Part shown: positions 9,709-17,952 of the stretch, in pieces
Layout of the letters: every line of letters begins with the position of its first letter
Position numbering within the stretch: the stretch's first letter is position 1
NCBI GenBank assembly: GCA_902589095.1
Contig: CACIRR010000003.1
Span: 1-55,029, forward strand
DNA length: 55,029 nucleotides
Direction: 5' to 3'
From: an uncultured Alphaproteobacteria bacterium
GTDB lineage: Bacteria > Pseudomonadota > Alphaproteobacteria > HIMB59 > GCA-002718135
Program-made: the position numbers and the translations under genes
The notes under the pieces: model-generated
Databases searched by the model: none
Told to the model about the DNA's origin: nothing
The model's input: only the letters and a program-made list of their open reading frames with translations

Positions 9709-10614
9709 CTATATTTCCTTTAATTGTATTTTTTTTACAAATTTTTTAACAGATGAAAGATTAGGTAATGAATAAATTCCACCATTTTTTGTGCACTTTA
9801 AGGAAGCTGTGGCTGTTGCAAGTTTCATAGCATTTTGTACAGAGTGCTTTTGATGAATAAAGGCTGCAAAACCTCCATGAAATACATCACCTGCACAATT
9901 TGTTTCAACAACTTTAATTTTAGGAGGTTTGCAATTAAAAATTAAACCATTTTCAATCCAATACACACCTTTTTCACCAGCCGTTATTGCATAAAATTTA
10001 TTTTTTATTGAATACATTTTCTTTAATGACCCAACAATTGATTTAATTTTTGTATATTCAAATGCACCTGTCTCAGAAAAGATAAGATGGGAAGATAAAT
10101 GAATTATTTGTTTGATTTTTTTGTTTAATTTATAATTATCAAGATCGACAATATGATTTAGATTATTTTTATTACAATTTTTGGCAATATAGAGGGTTGC
10201 TTCAACCCATCTTAGATCAGACATGATTGTCGTATTTTTTTTAAATACAATTTTAGGTAATTTTTTATTATTTAATAATTTTTTTTCACTAAAAGCAGCA
10301 AGAAGTCTTTCGCCTTGCTTATCTTCGTAAACAAAACTTTGTGATGATTTAACCCCTTTAATCTCAAGAATGTTATTATGTTTAATTTTAAATTTTTTTA
10401 ATTCATTTTTTAAAAATTTTGAGGCATCATCATTTCCAAGTCTTCCAATAAATGAAGTATTTATTCCAAGTTTTTTAATAGTAAAACTAGCAACAGCTGC
10501 AGATCCTCCAAGTCTTTTTTCTATCCCTTGGGCAAGTACTTTAATAGGTTTTTTGGGGAAACTATCAATTTTAACAATATGATCTAAAAAAACTGACCCT
10601 ACACAAATAATCAT
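9709..10614 (-). CDS. PfkB/ribokinase-family sugar kinase; candidate sulfofructose kinase (YihV-like)
   Basis: GGSAAVAS, GRLGNDD, DLRW, VETNCAGDVFHGGF. Confidence 0.8.
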   Translation of the reverse strand: MIICVGSVFLDHIVKIDSFPKKPIKVLAQGIEKRLGGSAAVASFTIKKLGINTSFIGRLGNDDASKFLKNELKKFKIKHNNILEIKGVKSSQSFVYEDKQGERLLAAFSEKKLLNNKKLPKIVFKKNTTIMSDLRWVEATLYIAKNCNKNNLNHIVDLDNYKLNKKIKQIIHLSSHLIFSETGAFEYTKIKSIVGSLKKMYSIKNKFYAITAGEKGVYWIENGLIFNCKPPKIKVVETNCAGDVFHGGFAAFIHQKHSVQNAMKLATATASLKCTKNGGIYSLPNLSSVKKFVKKIQLKEI

Positions 10615-10635
10615 ATTAAAATTATATATTAAAAA

Positions 10636-11205
10636 TTAGAGGTAAGAAACTAAACCTATAGATTTTCTAAATCGATCCCTAATAGTAACAGCATTCAGTG
10701 GTATTGGCTTTATTGGCACATTACCTGATTGTATTTTAGAAATAATGACATACGAGTTATCTTTATCAGCTAATGCCTTTTTTAAATTTCCATCTGTTTC
10801 TTCCCCAGAACACTCTATAACATTTTTACATCCAGCTCCAATAGCAACCTCTTTTAATGAGGTACGTTCATTCGTAAAAGTTTTTTGATCGCCAGTAGAA
10901 CCATAAGAGCCGTTATCAACTATGAGAAGAGTATAATTTGAAGGTGCTCTATTACCTATAGTTGCAAGGGTATTCATATTCATTAAAACCGACCCATCAC
11001 CATCAATACTAATCACATTTTTATCAACTGTTAAAGATAATCCTAAACCAATTGATGATGCTAAACCCATACTTCCTAGCATGTAAAAATAATTTGGGCG
11101 GTCATTAAGTTTATATAATTCTTGTGAAGGAAGTCCAATGTTGCAAATAACTAATTCGTCTTGAATTGTTTTTTTCAACAGGTTTAATAATTCAAATCTA
11201 TTCAT
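10636..11205 (-). CDS. comE: Sulfopyruvate decarboxylase beta subunit
   Basis: CNIGLPSQEL, FYMLGSMGLASSIGLG, TPP-binding DGDGSVLMN...DNGSYGSTGDQ. Confidence 0.9.
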   Translation of the reverse strand: MNRFELLNLLKKTIQDELVICNIGLPSQELYKLNDRPNYFYMLGSMGLASSIGLGLSLTVDKNVISIDGDGSVLMNMNTLATIGNRAPSNYTLLIVDNGSYGSTGDQKTFTNERTSLKEVAIGAGCKNVIECSGEETDGNLKKALADKDNSYVIISKIQSGNVPIKPIPLNAVTIRDRFRKSIGLVSYL

Positions 11206-11207
11206 CT

Positions 11208-11705
11208 CTAGTCATCCTTCATTAAATTAAAATTACAAAGTACAGCGACAGGACTTTCAATTACTTTTGCATGATTAGTAAAGGTAGATATTTTATCAAG
11301 ATCATCTTCAGTGTTACAATGAAGCATAGGTATGCGAAGGGTATTCAATATATCTTCAGTAACACTTGCCATTCCACCCTGAGCTCCAACTGGCTCTCCA
11401 GGAGTGCCTCGATAACTTATCAAGAAAACAACTGGCATTTGGTATAGTTGCAAAAGAGAAACAATAGAATTGACAGAATTACCAATTCCAGTGTTTTGCA
11501 TCATTATACATGGAAGTTTATTCCCTAAATACGCACCGGCACAAATACCCATTCCTTCTTCTTCTCTTGGAATAGCTGAGTAATAAATATCTTTATCATT
11601 CTCTAAAATGGTGATCATATTTGCTAGAAGTTTACATGGAACACTTAAGAAAAAATCTGCTCCACCTTCTTTTAAATTTGTAATAATTTTTTGGCTTATT
11701 TTCAT
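11208..11705 (-). CDS. comD: Sulfopyruvate decarboxylase alpha subunit
   Basis: SVPCKLL, REEEGMGICAGAYL, MQNTGIGNSVN, ISYRG; ATG at 11705 preferred to 11735. Confidence 0.9.
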   Translation of the reverse strand: MKISQKIITNLKEGGADFFLSVPCKLLANMITILENDKDIYYSAIPREEEGMGICAGAYLGNKLPCIMMQNTGIGNSVNSIVSLLQLYQMPVVFLISYRGTPGEPVGAQGGMASVTEDILNTLRIPMLHCNTEDDLDKISTFTNHAKVIESPVAVLCNFNLMKDD

Positions 11706-11754
11706 TTTGTAAGAGTAATACTTCAATAAAACCATAAGACAAGATTTTATTTTT

Positions 11755-12804
11755 TTAAAAATCGTTACGTAATTTAATTTTTATCTTTGATAAATAATTT
11801 TTATTTTTTCTTAGGACAGGAGATGGAAAATTAGATTGATTTATTGCATCTGGGTAGTTTTGTGGCTCTAAACACACTCCATACTGAATTCCATATGATT
11901 TATTATGCTTACCTAAATACTTCTCCAACATCATATTTCCTGTATAAAATTGAATTCCTTGCTGATTAGTAAAATACTCAACTCCCATTTTAGTTTTTTT
12001 ACTATAAATTTTTGCAACTGGAGCCTCCATCGATTGATTATCTAAAGCATAATTGTGATCAATTCCTCCAGAATTAAGAAACTCTCTATCTATTGTATTA
12101 GATTTTCTTAAATCAAATTTTGTACCAGATACATTTAATAGCTTCCCAGTTGGTATAGACTCTTCATCGGTCTCGCATATTGCGTCGGAGTATATTTGCA
12201 CAACATGATCTTCATTATTTTGATAATGATCACGGTGTCCATGAAAATTCCAGTAATTATGATTGGTAATGTTAACTATTGTATCTTGATCTGTTGTTGC
12301 ATGAAATTCAATAGAAAGTTCATTATGATTATTTAATTCATAAATTACTTTGCAATCAAGATTTCCAGGATAATTTTCTTCCATATCAGGTGAAAGATAC
12401 CTCAAGACACATTTTGTAGAGTCATCTTTTTTTTCAATATTATCAATTTTCCAAATTTTTTTATTAAAACCAGTTTTTCCTCCATGCAGATGATTTGGGG
12501 GAGTATTTGAAAATAGTTTATAGTTTTTATCACCTAATGAAAACTGAGCACCTCCTATTCTATTAGCTACTCTTCCAACTATAGAATTAAAATACCCATT
12601 TGAATTTAGAACACCATCAACATCTCCATAACCTAGAAGAACATCCTCTGTTTTATTTTCACTGTTAAGATATGGAATATTTACTTCATGAATGTATCCC
12701 CCATAATTATAAAATTTAAAGCTAAAATTATTATCATTAACTACTTCAACTGACTCGATAGGAAGCGCAGCAGGATTTTCTATTTTGTCTTGGTTAATTT
12801 TCAT
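11755..12804 (-). CDS. galM: Aldose 1-epimerase (mutarotase, GalM family); candidate SQ mutarotase
   Basis: VGRVANRI, HLHGG, YPGNL, TNHNYWN, IDHNY, IQFYTGN, CLEPQNYPDA. Confidence 0.88.
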   Translation of the reverse strand: MKINQDKIENPAALPIESVEVVNDNNFSFKFYNYGGYIHEVNIPYLNSENKTEDVLLGYGDVDGVLNSNGYFNSIVGRVANRIGGAQFSLGDKNYKLFSNTPPNHLHGGKTGFNKKIWKIDNIEKKDDSTKCVLRYLSPDMEENYPGNLDCKVIYELNNHNELSIEFHATTDQDTIVNITNHNYWNFHGHRDHYQNNEDHVVQIYSDAICETDEESIPTGKLLNVSGTKFDLRKSNTIDREFLNSGGIDHNYALDNQSMEAPVAKIYSKKTKMGVEYFTNQQGIQFYTGNMMLEKYLGKHNKSYGIQYGVCLEPQNYPDAINQSNFPSPVLRKNKNYLSKIKIKLRNDF

Positions 12805-13703
12805 GACGCTTTTCTATCTCTTGTTTTTATAGAATTTTTTTGACGAAGATAGATGATTATTCCTCCTGCTACAATAAATAAAGCCCCAGGAAACAATTGA
12901 TCGACAGGCCATTCACTAAAGAATATCCATCCCAAAATTAATGCAAAAAATATTTCGATATAATCAAATGGCATGATTTTACTTAGCTCTGCTTTTCTTG
13001 CACCATATATTAGTAATAGAGTTCCAGTACCTCCTGCCAAACCCATAAGAAAGAAAATAAACAAATCATTGATACTTCTAAAATTTTCCCACATGCCAAA
13101 AGTTAACACTAATATTAATGATACACTTATGGTGCCCACTTGTCCGTAAATGTTAATTAATGGTGTTGGAACATCCATGGTAAAACTTAAAGAAGTCACT
13201 CTTGCTAAGGAGTAACCTAAAGCTGCTATAACTGGTAATAAAATCATATAATTAAAATCCGATGACCAAGGTTCCATTATAAGAACAATGCCTATAAAAC
13301 CAGAGATAACTGCAGATGTTTTAAACCATCCAAATTTTTCTCCAAGAATAGGCACACTTAATAGTGTTACCATCATAGGGCCTGTGTATTCCATCGTAGC
13401 TACAAGGGCAAAAGGTAAATATAAATATGAAGTATATAAACAAAGCTGAGCTAACGCTACAAAAGCTCCTCGTAGAAAACCTAATCGCCATTGTTTAATT
13501 TTAATTTTTCTTCCATTTTGATGCCATTCGGTTGAAAAATAAAGTGCAATAAAACATGGGATCATTCCAAAAAGATTTCTGAAAACAGACAATTGTGCTG
13601 CTGGGTAATCATTTCTTAAAAACTTGATGGCAATACCCATACAGTCCATCAAAAATAATCCTGAAAGGGATAAAGCAACTGCTAGTAATAAATTATGTTT
13701 CAA
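12801..13703 (-). CDS. DMT/EamA-family transporter
   Basis: About 10 hydrophobic helices, ILGEK, PFDY, GWIFFSEWP; TTG start. Confidence 0.85.
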   Translation of the reverse strand: MKHNLLLAVALSLSGLFLMDCMGIAIKFLRNDYPAAQLSVFRNLFGMIPCFIALYFSTEWHQNGRKIKIKQWRLGFLRGAFVALAQLCLYTSYLYLPFALVATMEYTGPMMVTLLSVPILGEKFGWFKTSAVISGFIGIVLIMEPWSSDFNYMILLPVIAALGYSLARVTSLSFTMDVPTPLINIYGQVGTISVSLILVLTFGMWENFRSINDLFIFFLMGLAGGTGTLLLIYGARKAELSKIMPFDYIEIFFALILGWIFFSEWPVDQLFPGALFIVAGGIIIYLRQKNSIKTRDRKAS

Positions 13704-13707
13704 TTAG

Positions 13708-14700
13708 TTAGGCGCAATTAACACCACATCGATCAACCCAATGTCCTGGTGTTACTTCAACTAATCCCATTTCAATATTTGCTTCTTTACCATCTTTGGA
13801 AGCATGGGGGCATCTTGTCCTAAATACACAACCCGATGGTGGATTCATTGCACTAGGTATTTCTCCCTGAAGTTCAATAGCTCGTGATTTATTTTCAGGA
13901 TCAATAGATGGAATAGAAGATAATAATGCTTTTGTATAAGGATGTCTTGGATTACTAAATAGTTCTCTTGAAGGAGCCATCTCAACTATGTGACCAAGAT
14001 ACATTACAGCAACAATATCACAAACGTGAGCTACAACACTTAAATCATGGCTTATAAATAAATATGTTAAATTTAACTCATTTTGCAGTTGCTTTAAAAG
14101 ATTTAATATATCCGCTTGAATTGAGACATCTAATGCAGCAACACTTTCATCAGCTACAATAAATTTTGGATTACTTACTAGTGCTCTTGCAATAGAGATA
14201 CGTTGACGCTGCCCCCCAGAAAAAGCATGTGGAAATCTTCTTAAGTGCTCAAGATTTAATCTACATTTAGCGGCAATATCTCGAACTCTCGCATCAGTTT
14301 CTTCTCTAGAATTTGTTATCTTCATAACTTCTAAAGGTTCTGCAATTATATCTCTAACAGTCATTCGAGGACTAAGTGCAGCGTATGGGTCTTGAAAGAT
14401 AAGCTGTGCTTTTTTTCTATATTCTTTCATTTCCTTTGAATTAATGGTTGTTAAATCAAAATCTCTGCCATCATCATGAAAAATTACATTTCCAGTACTT
14501 ATTTTATTTGCACCCAATATTGCTCTTCCAAGTGTAGTTTTTCCAGATCCAGATTCTCCAACAAGACCAAAGAAAGATCCTTTTTTAATCTTAATGTTAA
14601 TATTATTAACAGCTTTTATTTTTTGCTTCTTTGAAAGAAAATTCTCTTGGTAATCAAAAGATACCGAAAGATTGTTTACTGATACAATATTTTCACTCAT
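13708..14700 (-). CDS. Peptide/nickel-type ABC ATPase (DppF/OppF-like)
   Basis: GESGSGKTT, FSGGQRQR, ADESVAALD, Cys-rich oligo-HPY tail; ATG at 14700 overlaps the upstream stop (ATGA). Confidence 0.92.
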   Translation of the reverse strand: MSENIVSVNNLSVSFDYQENFLSKKQKIKAVNNINIKIKKGSFFGLVGESGSGKTTLGRAILGANKISTGNVIFHDDGRDFDLTTINSKEMKEYRKKAQLIFQDPYAALSPRMTVRDIIAEPLEVMKITNSREETDARVRDIAAKCRLNLEHLRRFPHAFSGGQRQRISIARALVSNPKFIVADESVAALDVSIQADILNLLKQLQNELNLTYLFISHDLSVVAHVCDIVAVMYLGHIVEMAPSRELFSNPRHPYTKALLSSIPSIDPENKSRAIELQGEIPSAMNPPSGCVFRTRCPHASKDGKEANIEMGLVEVTPGHWVDRCGVNCA

Positions 14701-15683
14701 GTTTTCCCACAATCAACACCACATTTGTCTAACCAGTGACCTGGTTTTATCTCTACTAAACCCATTTTTATATTTCCTTCCTTACCTTCTTTAGAGGCAT
14801 GAGGGCACCTAGTTCTAAAAACACATCCACTAGGTCTATCTAAAGGACTTGGAATATTACCTGGGATTGGTGTAAGTGGTGCATCTAAATTATTTATATC
14901 AGGAAGAGCATTTATTAACCCTTTTGTATAAGGATGCATTGGATTTTTTAAAATTTCATTTACCGGCCCTTGCTCTACAACACTGCCAAGATACATAACT
15001 GCAACATCATCTGCTACTTGAGCAATAACACCAAGATCATGAGTGATAAATATTACACCCATATTGTATTCTTTAATAATATCTTTCATTAAATTTATTA
15101 CCTGCGCTTGAATGGTTACATCTAACGCTGTTGTAGGTTCATCAGCTAACAATAGTTTAGGCATTGTTGATAAAGCCATAGCAATCATTGCCCGCTGCCT
15201 CATTCCTCCTGACAACTCAAACGCATATTGATTAAATCGTTTTTCAGCATCTGCTATCCCTACCCGATTTAACATATCTATTGATATATTTTTTGCTTCC
15301 TTTTTATCCATAGGTTTATGAATCATAAGTTGCTCAACCATTTGGTAACCAATTTTAATTGCTGGAGCAAAACTAGCCATTGGTTCTTGAAAAATCATTG
15401 AAACTTTTCCACCTCTAATTTTTTTCAAATCATTTTTTGAGGTAAATTTTAAAACATTTTCTTCATCAATTAATATTTCTGCATTTTCATTATATATTGT
15501 ATTTCCTGGATTGAGTTGCATGATAGATTTTGCTGTAACAGATTTGCCAGATCCTGACTCACCAACAATACCTAAAACCTTTCCTTGATCCAATGTTAAA
15601 GAAACATTATCAATTGCTGTTATACGACCTTCATCAGTATCAAACTTTACATCAAGATTATTTATTTCTAAAAGATGAGTCAT
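14697..15683 (-). CDS. Peptide/nickel-type ABC ATPase (DppD/OppD-like)
   Basis: GESGSGKS, LSGGMRQR, ADEPTTALDVTIQAQ, HPYT. Confidence 0.92.
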   Translation of the reverse strand: MTHLLEINNLDVKFDTDEGRITAIDNVSLTLDQGKVLGIVGESGSGKSVTAKSIMQLNPGNTIYNENAEILIDEENVLKFTSKNDLKKIRGGKVSMIFQEPMASFAPAIKIGYQMVEQLMIHKPMDKKEAKNISIDMLNRVGIADAEKRFNQYAFELSGGMRQRAMIAMALSTMPKLLLADEPTTALDVTIQAQVINLMKDIIKEYNMGVIFITHDLGVIAQVADDVAVMYLGSVVEQGPVNEILKNPMHPYTKGLINALPDINNLDAPLTPIPGNIPSPLDRPSGCVFRTRCPHASKEGKEGNIKMGLVEIKPGHWLDKCGVDCGKT

Positions 15684-15689
15684 AGAATA

Positions 15690-16853
15690 TTAATTTTTTG
15701 TTTTGTGTGGATCTGCAGCGTCTCGAAGACCATCTCCAACATAGACAAAAGTTAAAATTAAAACAACTAAGAAAAAGACAGGTATAAAATACCATTGATA
15801 GTTTAGTAAAACATCTGCCTTTGTTGCATTTTGTAAAAGTACACCCAATGAATTTACAGGTTCTCTTAACCCTAAGCCTATAAAACTTAGAGCAGTTTCA
15901 GATAACAACATGTAAGGAAAGCTGATAACCAGATCAACAATTATGTAGCTTGTAAAACTCGGTAAAAGATGTCTAATAATTATATGGGTTGATGAAGCGC
16001 CACACATTTTAGCTGCCAAAATATATTCTTGACTTCTTTCACTTAGTAAATGGGTTCGAACACGTCTTGCCAAAGTTGGCCAGGATATCAAACCTAATAA
16101 ACAGGATATAAAGAAAAACCTAAGTTCTGAACTCCATTCAAGAGGTGCAAAAGCGGCAAGACACATAAATAAAGGTATGGGTGGAACTGTTCGAATAGCA
16201 TCCGTAAACATTTGTAACAAACTATCAATCCAACCACCATAATATCCAGATATACCTCCAATAATTAAGGACAAAACAAAAGAGATAAACACTCCCAGTG
16301 TTCCAACAGCTAATGATATATATATTGCACTTAAGGTTCTACTAAATAAATCTTTTCCTGCTTTATCAGTTCCAAATAGATGAATTCCACCTTCCTCCAC
16401 ACCAAATAAATGCGTATCAAATGTTAGTCCAGGAATTGTAAAATCTAATGCCTTACCTGGAAGATTAATACTATAATTAAAATATTTATATTCCCAACCT
16501 TTAACAAAAAAATAAACATACCGTCTTTTTTCAGTATCTGTTTTATAAACCCATCTGAAATTTGTATCAGCTCCTCTATACTTTGTTAGAGTATGTAAAA
16601 AAGGTCTAGGAGAAAAACCGTTTTCATCCCAAAACATTGGAATTTGTGGGGCACCGTTTTCATAATTTTTATCACGACCTGCTATTGTAGGATCATATGG
16701 AGATAAAAATCCAGAAAAAAGACTGCAAATTATCATAATTAACAAAATAGATCCTGCTATCATCGCTGAACGGTTTCCAAAGAAACGCGTTCTTACTAAT
16801 TGCATTTGAGTAGCAGTATAGTATGCCTCTTTCTTTTTTATACTAACTTCCAC
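15690..16853 (-). CDS. Peptide-type ABC permease (DppC/OppC-like)
   Basis: HLFGTDKAGKDLFSR, EYILAAKMCGAS, ETALSFIGLG, GDGLRDAADP. Confidence 0.92.
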   Translation of the reverse strand: MEVSIKKKEAYYTATQMQLVRTRFFGNRSAMIAGSILLIMIICSLFSGFLSPYDPTIAGRDKNYENGAPQIPMFWDENGFSPRPFLHTLTKYRGADTNFRWVYKTDTEKRRYVYFFVKGWEYKYFNYSINLPGKALDFTIPGLTFDTHLFGVEEGGIHLFGTDKAGKDLFSRTLSAIYISLAVGTLGVFISFVLSLIIGGISGYYGGWIDSLLQMFTDAIRTVPPIPLFMCLAAFAPLEWSSELRFFFISCLLGLISWPTLARRVRTHLLSERSQEYILAAKMCGASSTHIIIRHLLPSFTSYIIVDLVISFPYMLLSETALSFIGLGLREPVNSLGVLLQNATKADVLLNYQWYFIPVFFLVVLILTFVYVGDGLRDAADPHKTKN

Positions 16854-17856
16854 CCATTACTCCTTTTCTAATTCTTGGATCCATTATTGCTAGTAATATA
16901 TCAGTAACAAAATTTACAAAAACAATTGTTGCAGTTAACAAAAATATAATGGCACCTGCTAATTGTTGATCATTAGATCTAGCCAGAGCCTCAATCAACA
17001 ATGCACCAGCTTCAGTTAAAATTAAAATCAATGCAACAACTGGAAGTGCACTAAAAATTCTATTTAAATCAAAACCAATTGAATTAATAACTGGTCCAAG
17101 TGAGTGCTTTGCTGGATAGCGCCATAAAAGACTCATACCTGATATTCCTCTTGCTCTTGCTGCCATAACATAAAGTTTATCATTTTCATCTAACATTAAT
17201 GCTCTAACGGTTTGAAGTGCAAAAGCAGTAGCGTTCCATCCCAGAACAAAAATTGGCAACCAAGCTCTAGCAAGAAAATCTTTTAATTTATCAGCGGACC
17301 AAGGCGCATTTTCATATTCTTGAGAAAATAAACCTGTCATCGTATCTCCATAATACACTGTCATAAAAAGCATAATACAAAGTGCTACTAAAAAATTCGG
17401 TAAAGCTATTCCAAGATAGCTAATAAATTTCAGAGACTGATCTAAAGACACGTATTTTGTCGTGGCGGAAATAATACCAACTGGTATCGCTATTAAATAC
17501 GAAAAAATTAAAGCTACTAAACATATGGTAAGTGAAAGCACAAACCTCCCACTAAGAAGATCATTAATATTCATACGAAGAATACAACTATCTCCAAAAT
17601 CTTGTTTAACAGCAATATCGGATACCCATTTTCCAAATCGATATAAAAAGGGTTTGTCTAAACCAAGTCGCACTTTCTCTGCCTCAATATCCTCAAAGGT
17701 AATTTGTGAACCTTGAGTATTTTTAAAGGCAAGATATCGTTCCGCACAAGTTCCTGGAACTAACTCCATTAAAGAAAAAACAATAAAACAAACTATGAGT
17801 AATGTTACTATCGATAAAAATGCTCTTGTAATTGTAAACTGTACAAAATTAATCAT
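16843..17856 (-). CDS. Peptide-type ABC permease (DppB/OppB-like)
   Basis: LGLDKP, YVMAARARG, DILLAIMDPRIR; ATG at 17856 chosen because the ORF-track TTG at 17913 lies inside a hairpin. Confidence 0.9.
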   Translation of the reverse strand: MINFVQFTITRAFLSIVTLLIVCFIVFSLMELVPGTCAERYLAFKNTQGSQITFEDIEAEKVRLGLDKPFLYRFGKWVSDIAVKQDFGDSCILRMNINDLLSGRFVLSLTICLVALIFSYLIAIPVGIISATTKYVSLDQSLKFISYLGIALPNFLVALCIMLFMTVYYGDTMTGLFSQEYENAPWSADKLKDFLARAWLPIFVLGWNATAFALQTVRALMLDENDKLYVMAARARGISGMSLLWRYPAKHSLGPVINSIGFDLNRIFSALPVVALILILTEAGALLIEALARSNDQQLAGAIIFLLTATIVFVNFVTDILLAIMDPRIRKGVMGGS

Positions 17857-17902
17857 AATTTGATTTTTTATTAATTGATATCCAAGACTAATTAGAAAAA
17901 AT

Positions 17903-17931
17903 AAAAGCGGCAATAAAAAATTGCCGCTTTT
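17903..17931 (-). terminator. Stem-loop after the family-5 solute-binding protein gene
   Basis: AAAAGCGGCAAT-aaaaa-ATTGCCGCTTTT, followed by T-rich sequence on the minus strand. Confidence 0.75.
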
Positions 17932-17952
17932 TAAAGAATTTATTAATTTACC

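Noticed and set aside
5306-10614. Ordinary tagatose/galactose (lacABCD) pathway
   Set aside because: No LacAB or PTS genes; the GH188-like, SlcC and ComDE neighbours point to a sulfosugar. Kept only as the alternative to test
10636-11705. Coenzyme M biosynthesis via comDE plus the CoM-transferase-like gene
   Set aside because: No comA/comB or xcb genes in the window; linkage to slcC and sugar-catabolic genes favours sulfonate degradation. Not fully excluded
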